Shown: piece after piece, positions 10,659 through 20,251 of the stretch | Layout: every line of letters starts with the position of its first letter | Position numbering within the stretch: position 1 is the first letter of the stretch | Origin: a bacterium | GTDB lineage: Bacteria > Krumholzibacteriota > Krumholzibacteriia > LZORAL124-64-63 | Reading direction: 5' to 3' | DNA length: 64,000 bases | Assembly: GCA_018829565.1 (NCBI GenBank) | Contig: JAHJTW010000183.1 | Span: 9,996 to 73,995 of the forward strand | Position numbers and translations under genes: made by a program | The notes under the pieces: generated by a model | What the model saw: only the letters and a program-made list of their open reading frames with translations | What the model was told of the DNA's origin: nothing | Databases searched by the model: none

Positions 10659-11792
10659 TTGAAGAGCCGGGTCCTCAGTTTCGGAAGCCTCGCCTCGCCT
10701 CTGGCCCGCAACCAGACCCAGGCCATCGTCGACGCACTGCAGACCGCCTCGCCGCGGATCACCTGCCAGTTGAACTTCCTGGCCTCGCCGGTGGCGGACC
10801 ACGACAAGTCCGACGAGCCTTTCCTGGCGGCCAGCCGGGCCGAGGTGGAATTCCTCGAGCGGATGGTGATCGAGGAGCAATCCCGCCTCATCGTCCTGGA
10901 GGCGGCCGACATGGTCCTGCCCCTGCCGACGGGACTCGAGGTGCTCTGCGTCCCGGACCGGGGCAACCCCTTCGACACCTTCCTGAACCGGCACGGGCGC
11001 ATCATGGACGAGATGGAGAACGGCAGCATCATCGGCGTGCTCAGCACGCGCCTGCGCGCCCAGCTCTCCGCCCTGTGGCCGAACCTCACCTTCGAGATCC
11101 TGCGGGGCGGCGTGGACCGCGCCATGGAGACGCATCTGCGACGCACCGAGATCGACGGGCTGGTCCTGCCTTCGGCCGTGACCGAGCACCTCGGTGTGCA
11201 GGGCATCGCCGCGGAGATCTTCTCCCCCGAGTTCGTCCTGCCCGGGCCCGGCCAGGGCCTGCTCGCGGTGGTGGGGAGCAGCCAGGACCTGGAGGCCCGG
11301 GAGCTCCTGGCCTGCCTGCACTCCGATGCCAGCGCCGTCGAGCTGCTCACCGAACAGGCCTTCTGCAGCCGCATGATCTCGGACCAGGATCTGCCCGTGG
11401 GCGCCCTGGCCCGGGTCAAGGGCGGCGAGGTCGTCATCACCGGCACCACCGGCAAGGGGAACAACCGCATCTCGGTCAACGGTCCCATAGCCCAGGCCGA
11501 GGCCGTGGGACTGGGTCTGGCCAGCCAGATCCTCGGCTGCGCGGACACCTTCGCCGACCTGCTCGAGGCCGATTTCCCCGAAGGGTTGCCCGACGATGAA
11601 GAGGATCCGGCCGTCGAGGACGATCTGCTGAAGGATTTCGACCGGGAACACGGCGGGGATCCGGAAGTCGACGATTTCGACTTCGAGGACGATGATCTCG
11701 ACGATCCCGATCTGGAGGTCGACCTGCTGGTGGAGATGGAGTCCGATCTGGACGACGACTTCGCCGGGGACGACGATCCGGACGACCGCTGA
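10659..11792 (+). CDS. Hydroxymethylbilane synthase (HemC)-like protein, divergent (no cofactor Cys), with a roughly 90-aa poly-acidic C-terminal tail
   Basis: Clear HemC-fold similarity (…IIGVLSTRLRAQL…LPGPGQGLLAV…). The region equivalent to E. coli GGCQVPIG reads SDQDLPVG, so there is no Cys. The tail is rich in D/E. TTG at 10659 is preceded by GAGGTGA; the ORF-track start is 10629. Confidence 0.6.
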   Translation: MKSRVLSFGSLASPLARNQTQAIVDALQTASPRITCQLNFLASPVADHDKSDEPFLAASRAEVEFLERMVIEEQSRLIVLEAADMVLPLPTGLEVLCVPDRGNPFDTFLNRHGRIMDEMENGSIIGVLSTRLRAQLSALWPNLTFEILRGGVDRAMETHLRRTEIDGLVLPSAVTEHLGVQGIAAEIFSPEFVLPGPGQGLLAVVGSSQDLEARELLACLHSDASAVELLTEQAFCSRMISDQDLPVGALARVKGGEVVITGTTGKGNNRISVNGPIAQAEAVGLGLASQILGCADTFADLLEADFPEGLPDDEEDPAVEDDLLKDFDREHGGDPEVDDFDFEDDDLDDPDLEVDLLVEMESDLDDDFAGDDDPDDR

Positions 11793-11810
11793 TCCCCGCT
11801 GCCCCGGCCG

Positions 11811-12731
11811 TCAGCCCTGCTTGCCCAGGTCCCGGGCGATCCGCGCGGCGGTGAACGGATCGCGCATCTGGGCCGTACCCACCTGGACGGCCACGGCCCC
11901 GAGGGCGAAGAACTTCAGCGCGTCCTCGGCCGTCGCGATCCCCCCCGCTCCCACCACCGGAACCCCCGTGCGGCTCACGATCTCGTCCACCTTGGCCAGG
12001 GCCAGGGGCAGGAGGGCGGGTCCCGAATAACCGCCGAAGCGGCGGGGCAGGATCGGCTTCCCCGTGGCCAGGTCGACCTCCAGCCCGACGAAGGTGTTCA
12101 CGGCGCTGACGGCGTCGGCCCCCGCCTCGGCCGCGGCCCGCGCGAGGCCGGCGATGTCCGCCACGTTGGGGGTGAGCTTGGCCAGCAGGGCCCGGTCGGG
12201 CAGATGGGACCGCGCCGCAGCCACGCATTGCGCCACCGTGCGCGGATCCTTCCCGAAGTCGTGCCCGCCCTCGGCGACGTTGGGACAGGAGAGGTTCAAC
12301 TCCACCCCGTGCCAGCACCCCAGCGGCCCCGCGCACTCCTGCAGGCGGGCGGCCATGGCCCCGAACTCGCCGGGATTCGTGGCAGCCAGGCTGACGACCG
12401 TGGGCACCCCCCGTTCCTCCAGCTCGGGAAGCACCTCCGCCAGGAAGGCCTCGAAGCCCACGTTCTCCAGCCCGATGCTGTTCAGGGCCCCGTGGGGCGT
12501 CTCGACCAGCCTGGGCATGGGATTGCCGGATCGCGGCAGGGGCGTGACCGTCTTGGTCACCACCGCCCCCAGCCCGGAGTAGGGGGACGCCACGTCGTCG
12601 GACGTCATGTCGTGCCCGGTCAGCCCGTAGGCGAAGCAGCCCGAGGCGGTCCAGATGCGGCCGGGAAAGATCCGGGGACCCAGCTGGAACCGGGCGCAGG
12701 GATCGATGGTCCACCAGGCGGGATGCAGCAC
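11811..12731 (-). CDS. pyrD: Dihydroorotate dehydrogenase catalytic subunit (class 1B)
   Basis: SGCFAYG, NSIGLENVG and NLSCPN motifs. Confidence 0.9.
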   Translation of the reverse strand: MLHPAWWTIDPCARFQLGPRIFPGRIWTASGCFAYGLTGHDMTSDDVASPYSGLGAVVTKTVTPLPRSGNPMPRLVETPHGALNSIGLENVGFEAFLAEVLPELEERGVPTVVSLAATNPGEFGAMAARLQECAGPLGCWHGVELNLSCPNVAEGGHDFGKDPRTVAQCVAAARSHLPDRALLAKLTPNVADIAGLARAAAEAGADAVSAVNTFVGLEVDLATGKPILPRRFGGYSGPALLPLALAKVDEIVSRTGVPVVGAGGIATAEDALKFFALGAVAVQVGTAQMRDPFTAARIARDLGKQG

Positions 12732-12771
12732 GGAACAAACCTCGCGGTGCAGGGGCGGGACGGCCCGCCGG

Positions 12772-13596
12772 TCAGGTCCAGATCAGGTCTTCGGCCCGGA
12801 ACACCGGGCCCTCCTGGCAACAGGTGGCGTTGCGGCTTCCCGGCCCGGACCCCGGGATCCCCGGAACCCGGACCTGCACCACGCATCCCTTGCAGACGCC
12901 GTAGCCGCAGCCCATGTGCTCCTCGAGAGAAAGCCAGCATTCCCAGTCTTGCGCCGCGGCCAGATCCGCGGCGGCCCTCAGCAGGAGCCTCGGGCCGCAG
13001 GAAAGCAGCAGGATGCGGTCGCGCCCCCGGGGCAACTCCGGACCGGCCACCGGTGCGGTCACCAGGCCGGTGACGGCGGGATGTCCGTCCAGGCCGTCCG
13101 GGTCCTCGACGCACACGGTCCAGCGCTCATCCAGCAGATTCCAGGGGACGTCGTGGCCTTCGCGGGCGCCGAAGCAGGCCAGGTCGCCGGGCCGGCCGTG
13201 CCGGGCCAGCCAGTCGTGCAGGGGCGGCAGTCCCACGCCGCCGGCCAGCAGGACGGCCCGCTGCCCGGGAGTCCTGGCGGGAAAGGGCCGGCCCAGGGGG
13301 CCGAGGAAGCTGACGGGGGCCCCGGGACCGAGATCGGCGAAGGCGGCGGTGCCGCGTCCGACCACCCGGTACAGGAAGGAGACATCCTGGCCGTCGGCGG
13401 CCAGGATGCTGAACGGCCGGCTGAAGACCATCCCTGACGGACCCGCCAGGTTCAGCATGGCGAACTGCCCCGGCGAGAAATCCAGGGGACGGGCGAGGAC
13501 CAGATCCATGCGGATCAGTCCGCTGGAGACCGGCCGGTTGGCGGTCACCCGGCCGATGCCCTGGTAGGCCCCGGGCAGGGGATCAGGAGTGTTCAC
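12772..13596 (-). CDS. pyrK: Dihydroorotate dehydrogenase electron-transfer subunit
   Basis: FAD/NAD-binding fold plus C-terminal Cys cluster CGYGVCKGC. GTG start preceded by GAAGGA. Confidence 0.85.
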   Translation of the reverse strand: MNTPDPLPGAYQGIGRVTANRPVSSGLIRMDLVLARPLDFSPGQFAMLNLAGPSGMVFSRPFSILAADGQDVSFLYRVVGRGTAAFADLGPGAPVSFLGPLGRPFPARTPGQRAVLLAGGVGLPPLHDWLARHGRPGDLACFGAREGHDVPWNLLDERWTVCVEDPDGLDGHPAVTGLVTAPVAGPELPRGRDRILLLSCGPRLLLRAAADLAAAQDWECWLSLEEHMGCGYGVCKGCVVQVRVPGIPGSGPGSRNATCCQEGPVFRAEDLIWT

Positions 13597-13629
13597 GGAG
13601 CGGTCCTTCCGGGCCGGCGGGGCCCAGGC

Positions 13630-15603
13630 TCAGCGCAGGAAATCCCAGTTCTCATCCAGCTTCTTCTTCTTTTCTTCCTCGTCCTTCTTGTCCTCGTCCT
13701 TCTTGTCCTCATCCGTCTCCTGGCCTTCGACCTGCTCGCCGGTCTGCAGGCTATCCGCCCGCTGCACCTGGCCGGGGTCGCCCGGAGGCACCAGTGCGCC
13801 GGCTTCGCCGACGGCGGCCCGCACGGAGTCGCCGTCGGCGAAGCCGGGCAATCCGGCCGTATCCGCCGGAGCGGCGGCGGTTCCCGGCATCATGCCGGCG
13901 GGAGCCCCCACGGGCCCCGGCCCGGCATCGCCGGCCGGGACGGTTCTCCGCTGCAACCTCTCCAGGGCCTCCCGCGGCGGGGGGAAGACGAGGTTGTCCC
14001 GGCGGGCCAGGTAGACCATGCGCCGCCTCAATCCCGGCTCGACGGTCGCCGGACGGCCGGCTCCGGGCTGGGTGGACTCACCGATCTCCTGGAGTGCCCG
14101 CAGTTCCTCCTCCGTGAGCGCGGCGAAGGCCTCGGCCTGCTTGCGCGAGCGGAGTTCCATGAGATAGCCCAGGAGCCCTTCCCCGGAATCCCCCGATCGC
14201 GCTTCGAAGGCCTGGGGAGAGTCCGGATAGCGCCGCTGCAGTTCCTGGGCGAACATCTCCGCGGAATCCGGCCGGGCCAGGTGATCGCGGTAGGCCAGCA
14301 TGGCCCCGTAGAGGGCCCGGGCGGCGTCCGTGCTGTCGGCCGCGGTATCGGCGGCGGCCTGCTGATAGAGGGCGGCGGCCTGTCCGGGCCGGCCCAGCCC
14401 GAACAGCAGGGCGTTGGCCTGCAGCACCCTGAGCCGCGGTGCGCGGTCCCCCTGGGCGTCCTTCAGGGCCGCCTCGGCGGCCAGGTAGTCGTTCAGGTCC
14501 TCGTTCAGCCGCCTGGTCCGCTCCAGGTCGTCCAGTTCGTCCTTCTGGCGCAGGGCCTCCTGGAACTGGACCTTGGCGTCCTCCCACTGTCCCCGGCGCA
14601 GCAACTCGTAGCCCAGGATGTCCGCGGCCCGGGCCTTCACGGCCGGGGTCTGCCATTCCAGCGGCATGTTCTCCAGGACCGGTGAGGCGTCCTCCCCCCG
14701 GCCCTGGGCGATGAAGTTCTCCGCTTCGACCAGGGCGACCATGCCCTCGGACCGGTAGATGCCGGCCTCGGGCTTCAGACCCGCCACCAGGTCGTCGACC
14801 AGGGCGTATTCACCCAGCTTCACGTGGACCCGGGCGCTGAGCAGGCGGGCCTGGAAGTCGATCTCCGTGCTCTCCTCCGATCCGGCCACCGTATCGAGGA
14901 CCCTGGCAGCCTCCTCGTAGCGTTCCAGTTCCCAGTAGCAGGTGGCGAGTTTCAGGCCGATCCGGTCGGGCTCCCTGACCCCGGTCTCCTGGGCCAGGTA
15001 TTCGCGGTAGCTGGCCGCGGCCGCCTCCCAGTTCTCCAGGGCGTAGGCGTTGTCCCCGGTGACCTTGCGGGTCTCGGCCTGGAACCGGCTCTCGGGAAAC
15101 TTCTTGGCCAGACGGTCCAGGTATTCCTGGCTGCGGGGCAGACTGCCGATCAGGAGGTGGTTCAGCCCCTGGATGTACAGCGACTCCTCCAGGTACTCGG
15201 AGGCGGGGAAGTTGGTGAACAGCAGGTCCAGCTTGCGGATGGACATCCGGTAGGATTCGAGCCGGTGATAGGCCTTGGCCTGCAGGAACAGGGCGTCGTC
15301 GGTCAGACCGTGGCCCGGGTAGTCGTCCAGGATCTTCTGGGCCTTGCGGATGGCCTCCTCGTAGTCGTTCTTCTGCTGGCCGCCAGGTTTGGGAGGATCC
15401 TGGTGCTTCCTCAGGGCCTCGTTGCGCACGTGTTCGGCGTTGTCGAAGGCCCGCTTGGCGTTGAAGTAGGTGTTGTACTTGGCGCAACCGGCCAGGACCA
15501 CCGCCAGGACCAGCAGGACGATGACGAACCCACCGGTCCGCACCGTCCCCCGCAGCGGACGGTCTGCAGCCTTGAGGTCATCCTGCCGGGGACTGGGAGG
15601 CAT
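13630..15603 (-). CDS. TPR-repeat lipoprotein (YbgF/Tol-Pal-associated-like) with a KD/E-rich C-terminus
   Basis: Signal/lipobox (VVLAGCAKY). TPR repeats throughout. C-terminal KKDEDKKDEEEKKKK. Confidence 0.65.
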   Translation of the reverse strand: MPPSPRQDDLKAADRPLRGTVRTGGFVIVLLVLAVVLAGCAKYNTYFNAKRAFDNAEHVRNEALRKHQDPPKPGGQQKNDYEEAIRKAQKILDDYPGHGLTDDALFLQAKAYHRLESYRMSIRKLDLLFTNFPASEYLEESLYIQGLNHLLIGSLPRSQEYLDRLAKKFPESRFQAETRKVTGDNAYALENWEAAAASYREYLAQETGVREPDRIGLKLATCYWELERYEEAARVLDTVAGSEESTEIDFQARLLSARVHVKLGEYALVDDLVAGLKPEAGIYRSEGMVALVEAENFIAQGRGEDASPVLENMPLEWQTPAVKARAADILGYELLRRGQWEDAKVQFQEALRQKDELDDLERTRRLNEDLNDYLAAEAALKDAQGDRAPRLRVLQANALLFGLGRPGQAAALYQQAAADTAADSTDAARALYGAMLAYRDHLARPDSAEMFAQELQRRYPDSPQAFEARSGDSGEGLLGYLMELRSRKQAEAFAALTEEELRALQEIGESTQPGAGRPATVEPGLRRRMVYLARRDNLVFPPPREALERLQRRTVPAGDAGPGPVGAPAGMMPGTAAAPADTAGLPGFADGDSVRAAVGEAGALVPPGDPGQVQRADSLQTGEQVEGQETDEDKKDEDKKDEEEKKKKLDENWDFLR

Positions 15604-15761
15604 CCGGGCCTTTCACGACCAGGGTTGACGGAATCGGGCAAGCTGCCGCAGCCAAGGATGATAGCAGGTTCTTGCCGCGGAGGCCAACCCGCTCGGGGAC
15701 GGGATCATCCCGGAGAACATGCAAGATGCATTCCCGGGGCGGGTCGCCTGCGGCGACCCGG

Positions 15762-17093
15762 TCAATCCTCCCCGCGGGGGGCCAGTTCCGGGTCCAGCCA
15801 GGTCAGCCGCCCGCGCATGAAGGTGGCGGCCACCTTGCCGCTGAGCTTCTCCCCCAGGTAGGAGGAGTTGCGGCTGCGGGACTTGAAGCCCTCGGCCCGG
15901 ACCACCCACTCCTTCTCGGGGTCGAACAGGACGAAGTCGGCCTCGGCGCCCTCCTCGAGGCGGCCCACGGGCAGGTTCAGGGCCCTGGCCGGCTTCTCGG
16001 TCATCAGTTCCACCAGCCGGCCCAGATCCATGACCCCGCTGTTGACCAGGTAGGTGATGCCCACCCCCAGGGCGGTCTCCAGTCCGGTGACCCCGAACGG
16101 GGCCTGGTCGAACTGGTATTCCTTCTCGGTCGCCGTGTGGGGCGCATGATCGGTGGCGATGCAGTCGAGGGTGCCGTCGGCCAGGCCCTCGGCGACGGCG
16201 TTGACGTCCTCGCTCTCGCGCAAGGGGGGATTCATCTTGAACAGGGGCGAATACTCCCGGCACCGGGAATGATCCAGGCTGAAGTGATGGGGAGTGGCCT
16301 CGGCGGTCACGTGCACGCCCTCGGACTTGGCCCGCCGGATGATCTCCACCGCCCCGCGGGTGGACACGTGCGCCACGTGCAGGTGCCCGCCGGAAGCGCG
16401 CGCCAGTTCGATGTCCCGGAAGGTGGACGAATCCTCGCTGGCCCGCGCCATTCCCGCCAGACCGAGACGGGCGGACCAGTAGCCGGCATGCATGACCCCG
16501 TTGCCGACGATGGTCAGGTCCTCGGCGTGGCTGATGATGGGCACGCCCAGCATGCCGGCGTACTTCAGGGCGTTGGCCATGAGGTTGCCGTTGGGCACCG
16601 GCGAGCCGTCGTCGGTGAAACCCACCGCGCCGGCGGCGACCATGTCGCCGAACTCGCACATCGCCTCGCCCTGACGGCCGGGGCTGATGGCCCCGGTGGG
16701 GAAGATGCGGCACAGGCCGGCATCCCGCCCCCGGTCGATGAGGTAGCGGACCATGCCCGAGTTGTCGATGGCCGGCGAGGTGTTGGGCATGGTCACCACC
16801 GAGGTGAAGCCCCCCGCGGCGGCGGCGAGGCTGCCGGTGGCGACGGTCTCCTTCTCCTCCTGGCCCGGTTCCCGGAAGTGCACGTGCAGGTCCACGAAGC
16901 CGGGGGCGCAGACCAGGCCCGCACCGTCCAGGACGGGCAGGCCCTCCATGGTGGGCGAGCCGACCCCGAGCCCCTCGATGCGCCCCTTGCGGACGTGCAG
17001 GAAACCCTTGCGCTTGCCGAGCTTGCCCTGGGTGCAGAGCCGCACGTTGGTGACCAGGAACTCGGCCGGGATGCGCTTCCAGCTCCAATCCAT
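15762..17093 (-). CDS. pyrC: Dihydroorotase
   Basis: VDLHVHFREPG metal-binding motif and amidohydrolase fold. RBS AAGAGG upstream of the ATG. Confidence 0.9.
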   Translation of the reverse strand: MDWSWKRIPAEFLVTNVRLCTQGKLGKRKGFLHVRKGRIEGLGVGSPTMEGLPVLDGAGLVCAPGFVDLHVHFREPGQEEKETVATGSLAAAAGGFTSVVTMPNTSPAIDNSGMVRYLIDRGRDAGLCRIFPTGAISPGRQGEAMCEFGDMVAAGAVGFTDDGSPVPNGNLMANALKYAGMLGVPIISHAEDLTIVGNGVMHAGYWSARLGLAGMARASEDSSTFRDIELARASGGHLHVAHVSTRGAVEIIRRAKSEGVHVTAEATPHHFSLDHSRCREYSPLFKMNPPLRESEDVNAVAEGLADGTLDCIATDHAPHTATEKEYQFDQAPFGVTGLETALGVGITYLVNSGVMDLGRLVELMTEKPARALNLPVGRLEEGAEADFVLFDPEKEWVVRAEGFKSRSRNSSYLGEKLSGKVAATFMRGRLTWLDPELAPRGED

Positions 17094-17161
17094 CGTTTAC
17101 CTCTTGCGGGTCAGGGACCGGCCCCGGGGGCGCGGCCCGCGTTGTTTCCGTCGGATCCCGG

Positions 17162-18114
17162 TCAGGCGGCCTGCCCGCCGCCGAGCGCGCCCGGGTCGCC
17201 GCCCGAGAGCAGGTAGATCAGGGCCATGCGCACGGCCACGCCGTTGGCCACCTGGTCGAGGATCACCTGGCGCGGCCCGTCGGCCACCTCGCTGGCGATC
17301 TCCACGTCCCGGTTCATGGGGCCCGGATGCAGGATGAAGGCCTCGGGCTTCAGGCCGCGGACGATCTCCTCGGTGATGCCGTACATCCGGTGATACTCGC
17401 GGTTGCTGGGGAACGACTTGCTGGCGTGGCGCTCCAGCTGGATGCGCAGCACGTTCAGCACGTCGGCCCTGGCCACGGCCCGCTTGAGGTCGTGCTCGAC
17501 CTTCACTCCCAGCTTCTCCAGGGCGCCGGGCACCATGGTCGGCGGCCCGCACAGGGTCACCTCGGCCCCCAGCTTGGTCAGGCCCCAGATGTTCGACCGG
17601 GCCACCCGGCTGTGGGCGATGTCCCCGATGATGGTGACCTTCTTGCCGCGCAGGTCGCCCAGGCGCTGGCGCATGGTCATGATGTCCAGGAGCCCCTGGG
17701 TGGGGTGCTCGTGGGCCCCGTCCCCCGCGTTGATCACCGAGCATTCCAGCACGCCCGCCAGGTAGGCCGCCGCGCCGGCGCTGCTGTGCCGGATGATGAG
17801 CATGTCGATCTTCATGGCCGCCAGGTTCTCGGCCGTGTCGCGCAGGGTCTCGCCCTTCTTGAAGCTGCTGGTGGCCGTCGAGAAGTTCACGATGTCCGCG
17901 GACAGGCGCTTCTCGGCGAGCTCGAAGCTGATGCGGGTGCGGGTGCTGGGCTCGTGGAAGAAGTTGACCACGGTGCGGCCGCGCATGATGGGGACGCTGC
18001 GCACGGGGCGGTCGAACACCGCCCGGAAGCGGGCGGCGATCTCCAGGACCCCCAGGATCTCCTCGGCGGACATCTCTTCCAGGCCCAGGACGTCCTTGCT
18101 CTTGAGGATCATCC
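17162..18114 (-). CDS. pyrB: Aspartate carbamoyltransferase catalytic subunit
   Basis: STRTR carbamoyl-phosphate motif and HEHPTQ. ATG at 18114 overlaps the pyrR stop. Confidence 0.9.
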
Positions 18115-18660
18115 TTCCGTGACCTCCCCGACCACCACTTCCTGGCGGTCGTCGAAATCCTTGACCTTCACCTTGATGATCTCCTTCTGGGAGGTCGGGA
18201 CGTTCTTGCCCACGAAGTCCGGCCGGATGGGCAGTTCCCGGTGGCCGCGGTCCACCAGGACGGCCAGGCGGATGGCGGCCGGGCGGCCCCAGTCCATGAT
18301 CACGTCCAGGGCGGCGCGGACCGTGCGGCCGGTGTACAGCACGTCGTCCACCAGGATGATGATCTTCCTGTTCACGTCGAAGGGCATCTCCGTGCTGGCG
18401 ACCTGGGGAGCGGGACCGAGGGTGGACAGGTCGTCCCGGTAGAAGGTGATGTCCAGGGCCCCCTGGGGCACCTCGGTGCCCTCGATCTGCTTGATGGCCT
18501 CCCCCAGCATCCTCGCCAGCGGCACGCCCCGGCGCTGGATCCCCAGCAACACCAGGTCCTTGACGCCCTTGTTGGCCTCGACGACCTCGTGCGCCATCCG
18601 CTTGACGGCGCGGGTCATCTCGCTGGAATTCATGATGACGGCTTTCTCGACGAAATTCAT
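18109..18660 (-). CDS. pyrR: Bifunctional pyrimidine operon regulator / uracil phosphoribosyltransferase PyrR
   Basis: PRTase motif LVDDVLYTGRT. Position at the head of the pyr operon. Confidence 0.85.
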   Translation of the reverse strand: MNFVEKAVIMNSSEMTRAVKRMAHEVVEANKGVKDLVLLGIQRRGVPLARMLGEAIKQIEGTEVPQGALDITFYRDDLSTLGPAPQVASTEMPFDVNRKIIILVDDVLYTGRTVRAALDVIMDWGRPAAIRLAVLVDRGHRELPIRPDFVGKNVPTSQKEIIKVKVKDFDDRQEVVVGEVTEG

Positions 18661-18678
18661 ACCGCTTCCCCGGGTTCG

Positions 18679-18714
18679 GGCCAGAAAAAAGGCATGGGCG
18701 CACCGCTCCATGCC
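18679..18714 (-). terminator. pyr leader attenuator / terminator hairpin (GGCAUGG…CCAUGCC followed by UUUUUU)
   Basis: Seen directly in the leader, 20 nt upstream of the pyrR ATG. PyrR-regulated operons use terminator/antiterminator attenuation. Confidence 0.55.
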
Positions 18715-18715
18715 G

Positions 18716-18738
18716 GATTTTTCCTGCAGGCCTCCTTG
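18716..18738 (-). promoter_or_regulatory. Candidate PyrR-binding loop (ACCAAGGAGGCCUGCAGGAAAAA, resembling UCCAGAGAGGCU)
   Basis: Partial match to the PyrR binding-loop consensus immediately 5' of the terminator hairpin. Confidence 0.3.
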
Positions 18739-18916
18739 GTCGTGTCGGGTGGTCAGCCCGGATGATCCGGCTCGCATGGCCGCTGCGCCGGGCGATGGCC
18801 GGGAAATCCGGACGGGCTCCGCAGGAATCTAGCAACCTGCGTCCGGGCCAGCAAGCCCGTTTTCTCCGCGGGGATTCCGGGGTCCGCCCTCCGGCCGGCC
18901 GGACCGGCCATCGGGT

Positions 18917-20251
18917 TCAGGCCAGGCCCCCGGGACCCAGGGCCAGCAGGGTGCAGCCCGCCCGGACCAGGAAGTCCCGGTCGTGGGAGGCGATGACCAG
19001 GCCCGCCTCGGGCGGGACCCCCTCCAGCAGGGCCAGGATGCGTTCCCGGCCCTCGCGGTCCTGGGCGGCGGTGGGCTCGTCCAGCAGCAGGACCGGCCGT
19101 CCCGAATGCACCACCAGCCCCAGGGCCAGACGCCGGCGCTGGCCGCTGCTCAGGTCGTGGGGATTGCGCCGCGCCAGGTCCGCGGGCAGGCCCCAGGCCG
19201 CCAGGAATTCCGCCGCGTCCCTGATGGCGAGGCGGGGATCCAGCGCGATCTCTCCGGCCACCGTGGGGCGGGAGAAGAAGTACTCGGGGAACTGGGGGGC
19301 CAGCAGGGCCGCCCCGTGGTCGAGGTCGGGCCGCCCGCCCCGGTAGAGCCCGCGGCCGTCGAGCAGGACCCGGCCCGCCTCGGGCGACCGCAGGCCGGCG
19401 CAGACCGCCAGCAGGGTGCTCTTGCCGCAGCCGTTCGGGCCGGTGATCCCCAACCGTTGCCCGGGTCTCAGGGTCAGGTCCACCGCCGCGAATCCCCCGC
19501 CCCGATCATCGAACCTGCAAGCGAGGTTCTCCAGGACCAGGACCGGGTCGCCCCGACCGGCCGCGGGTTCACGACGGCGTTCCCCGGCCGGGATGGGCCC
19601 CGGGGCCAGGAATCCGTCGCCCTCCCCCTTGTCCAGCAGGTCCGCGGCCGGGCCCTGGGCCACGATGCGCCCGCCCGCCAGGACGACCAGACGGTCGGCG
19701 CGCCCGGCCTCCCTGCGGTCGCAGGTCGCGGTCAGCAGCGTCCGGCCGGGCACGGCCCGGCGCCAGCGGTCCAGCCGGTCGAGCACCCAGGCGGCCTGGG
19801 CGTCGTCCTGCAGGGCGGTGGGTTCGTCGCAGAGCAGGATCGCCGGATCGCAGCCGGTGGTCACCGCCAGGGCCAGCCGTTGCTTCTGGCCGGCGGAAAG
19901 AAGGTGGGGATTGAGGTCGCCGGCGCCCTCGAGGCCGAAGTCCCGCAGGATGGGCTCGGGGTCCAGATCCCCCCTGCCCAGGCAAAGCTCCTGCCGCACC
20001 GTGCCGCCGATCAGCTGCTCGTCGGGATCCTGGACCATGAGGGCCACCCGGCCCGTCGCCGGTGATTCCTCGCCGGCCAGGAACTTCAGCAGGGAGGACT
20101 TGCCCGAGCCGTTGCCACCCACCACGGCCGTCCAGGTCCCGGGTTCCAGGTCGAGATCGATGCCCTGGAGGATCCTGACCGGTCCGTCCGGTGTCCGGCG
20201 GTCCAGGTCCAGGCCCCGCAGGGACAGCAGGGGCCCGGGATCAGGGAGCAT
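18917..20251 (-). CDS. ABC transporter ATP-binding protein with duplicated ATPase domains (ECF-type EcfA1-A2 fusion-like)
   Basis: Two Walker A motifs (GGNGSGKSSL and GPNGCGKSTL) and two signature motifs (LSAGQKQRL and LSSGQRRRL). Confidence 0.8.
   Translation of the reverse strand: MLPDPGPLLSLRGLDLDRRTPDGPVRILQGIDLDLEPGTWTAVVGGNGSGKSSLLKFLAGEESPATGRVALMVQDPDEQLIGGTVRQELCLGRGDLDPEPILRDFGLEGAGDLNPHLLSAGQKQRLALAVTTGCDPAILLCDEPTALQDDAQAAWVLDRLDRWRRAVPGRTLLTATCDRREAGRADRLVVLAGGRIVAQGPAADLLDKGEGDGFLAPGPIPAGERRREPAAGRGDPVLVLENLACRFDDRGGGFAAVDLTLRPGQRLGITGPNGCGKSTLLAVCAGLRSPEAGRVLLDGRGLYRGGRPDLDHGAALLAPQFPEYFFSRPTVAGEIALDPRLAIRDAAEFLAAWGLPADLARRNPHDLSSGQRRRLALGLVVHSGRPVLLLDEPTAAQDREGRERILALLEGVPPEAGLVIASHDRDFLVRAGCTLLALGPGGLA

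Noticed and set aside
7907-11548. 1213-aa minus-strand ORF
   Set aside because: It is antisense to four well-supported plus-strand genes (epimerase, sugar dehydrogenase, DegT, HemC-like). The translation is Arg/Gly/Pro/Ala-rich with no domain signal, a typical high-GC open-frame artefact.
15613-17216. Alternate-frame ORFs over pyrC (15613..17088 minus; 15672..17216 plus)
   Set aside because: The pyrC frame has the HxH amidohydrolase signature and a proper RBS. The others are artefacts.
18661-18916. Possible small gene or tRNA in the pyrR leader
   Set aside because: No tRNA-like cloverleaf or T-loop motif. The structure is best explained as a PyrR attenuator.
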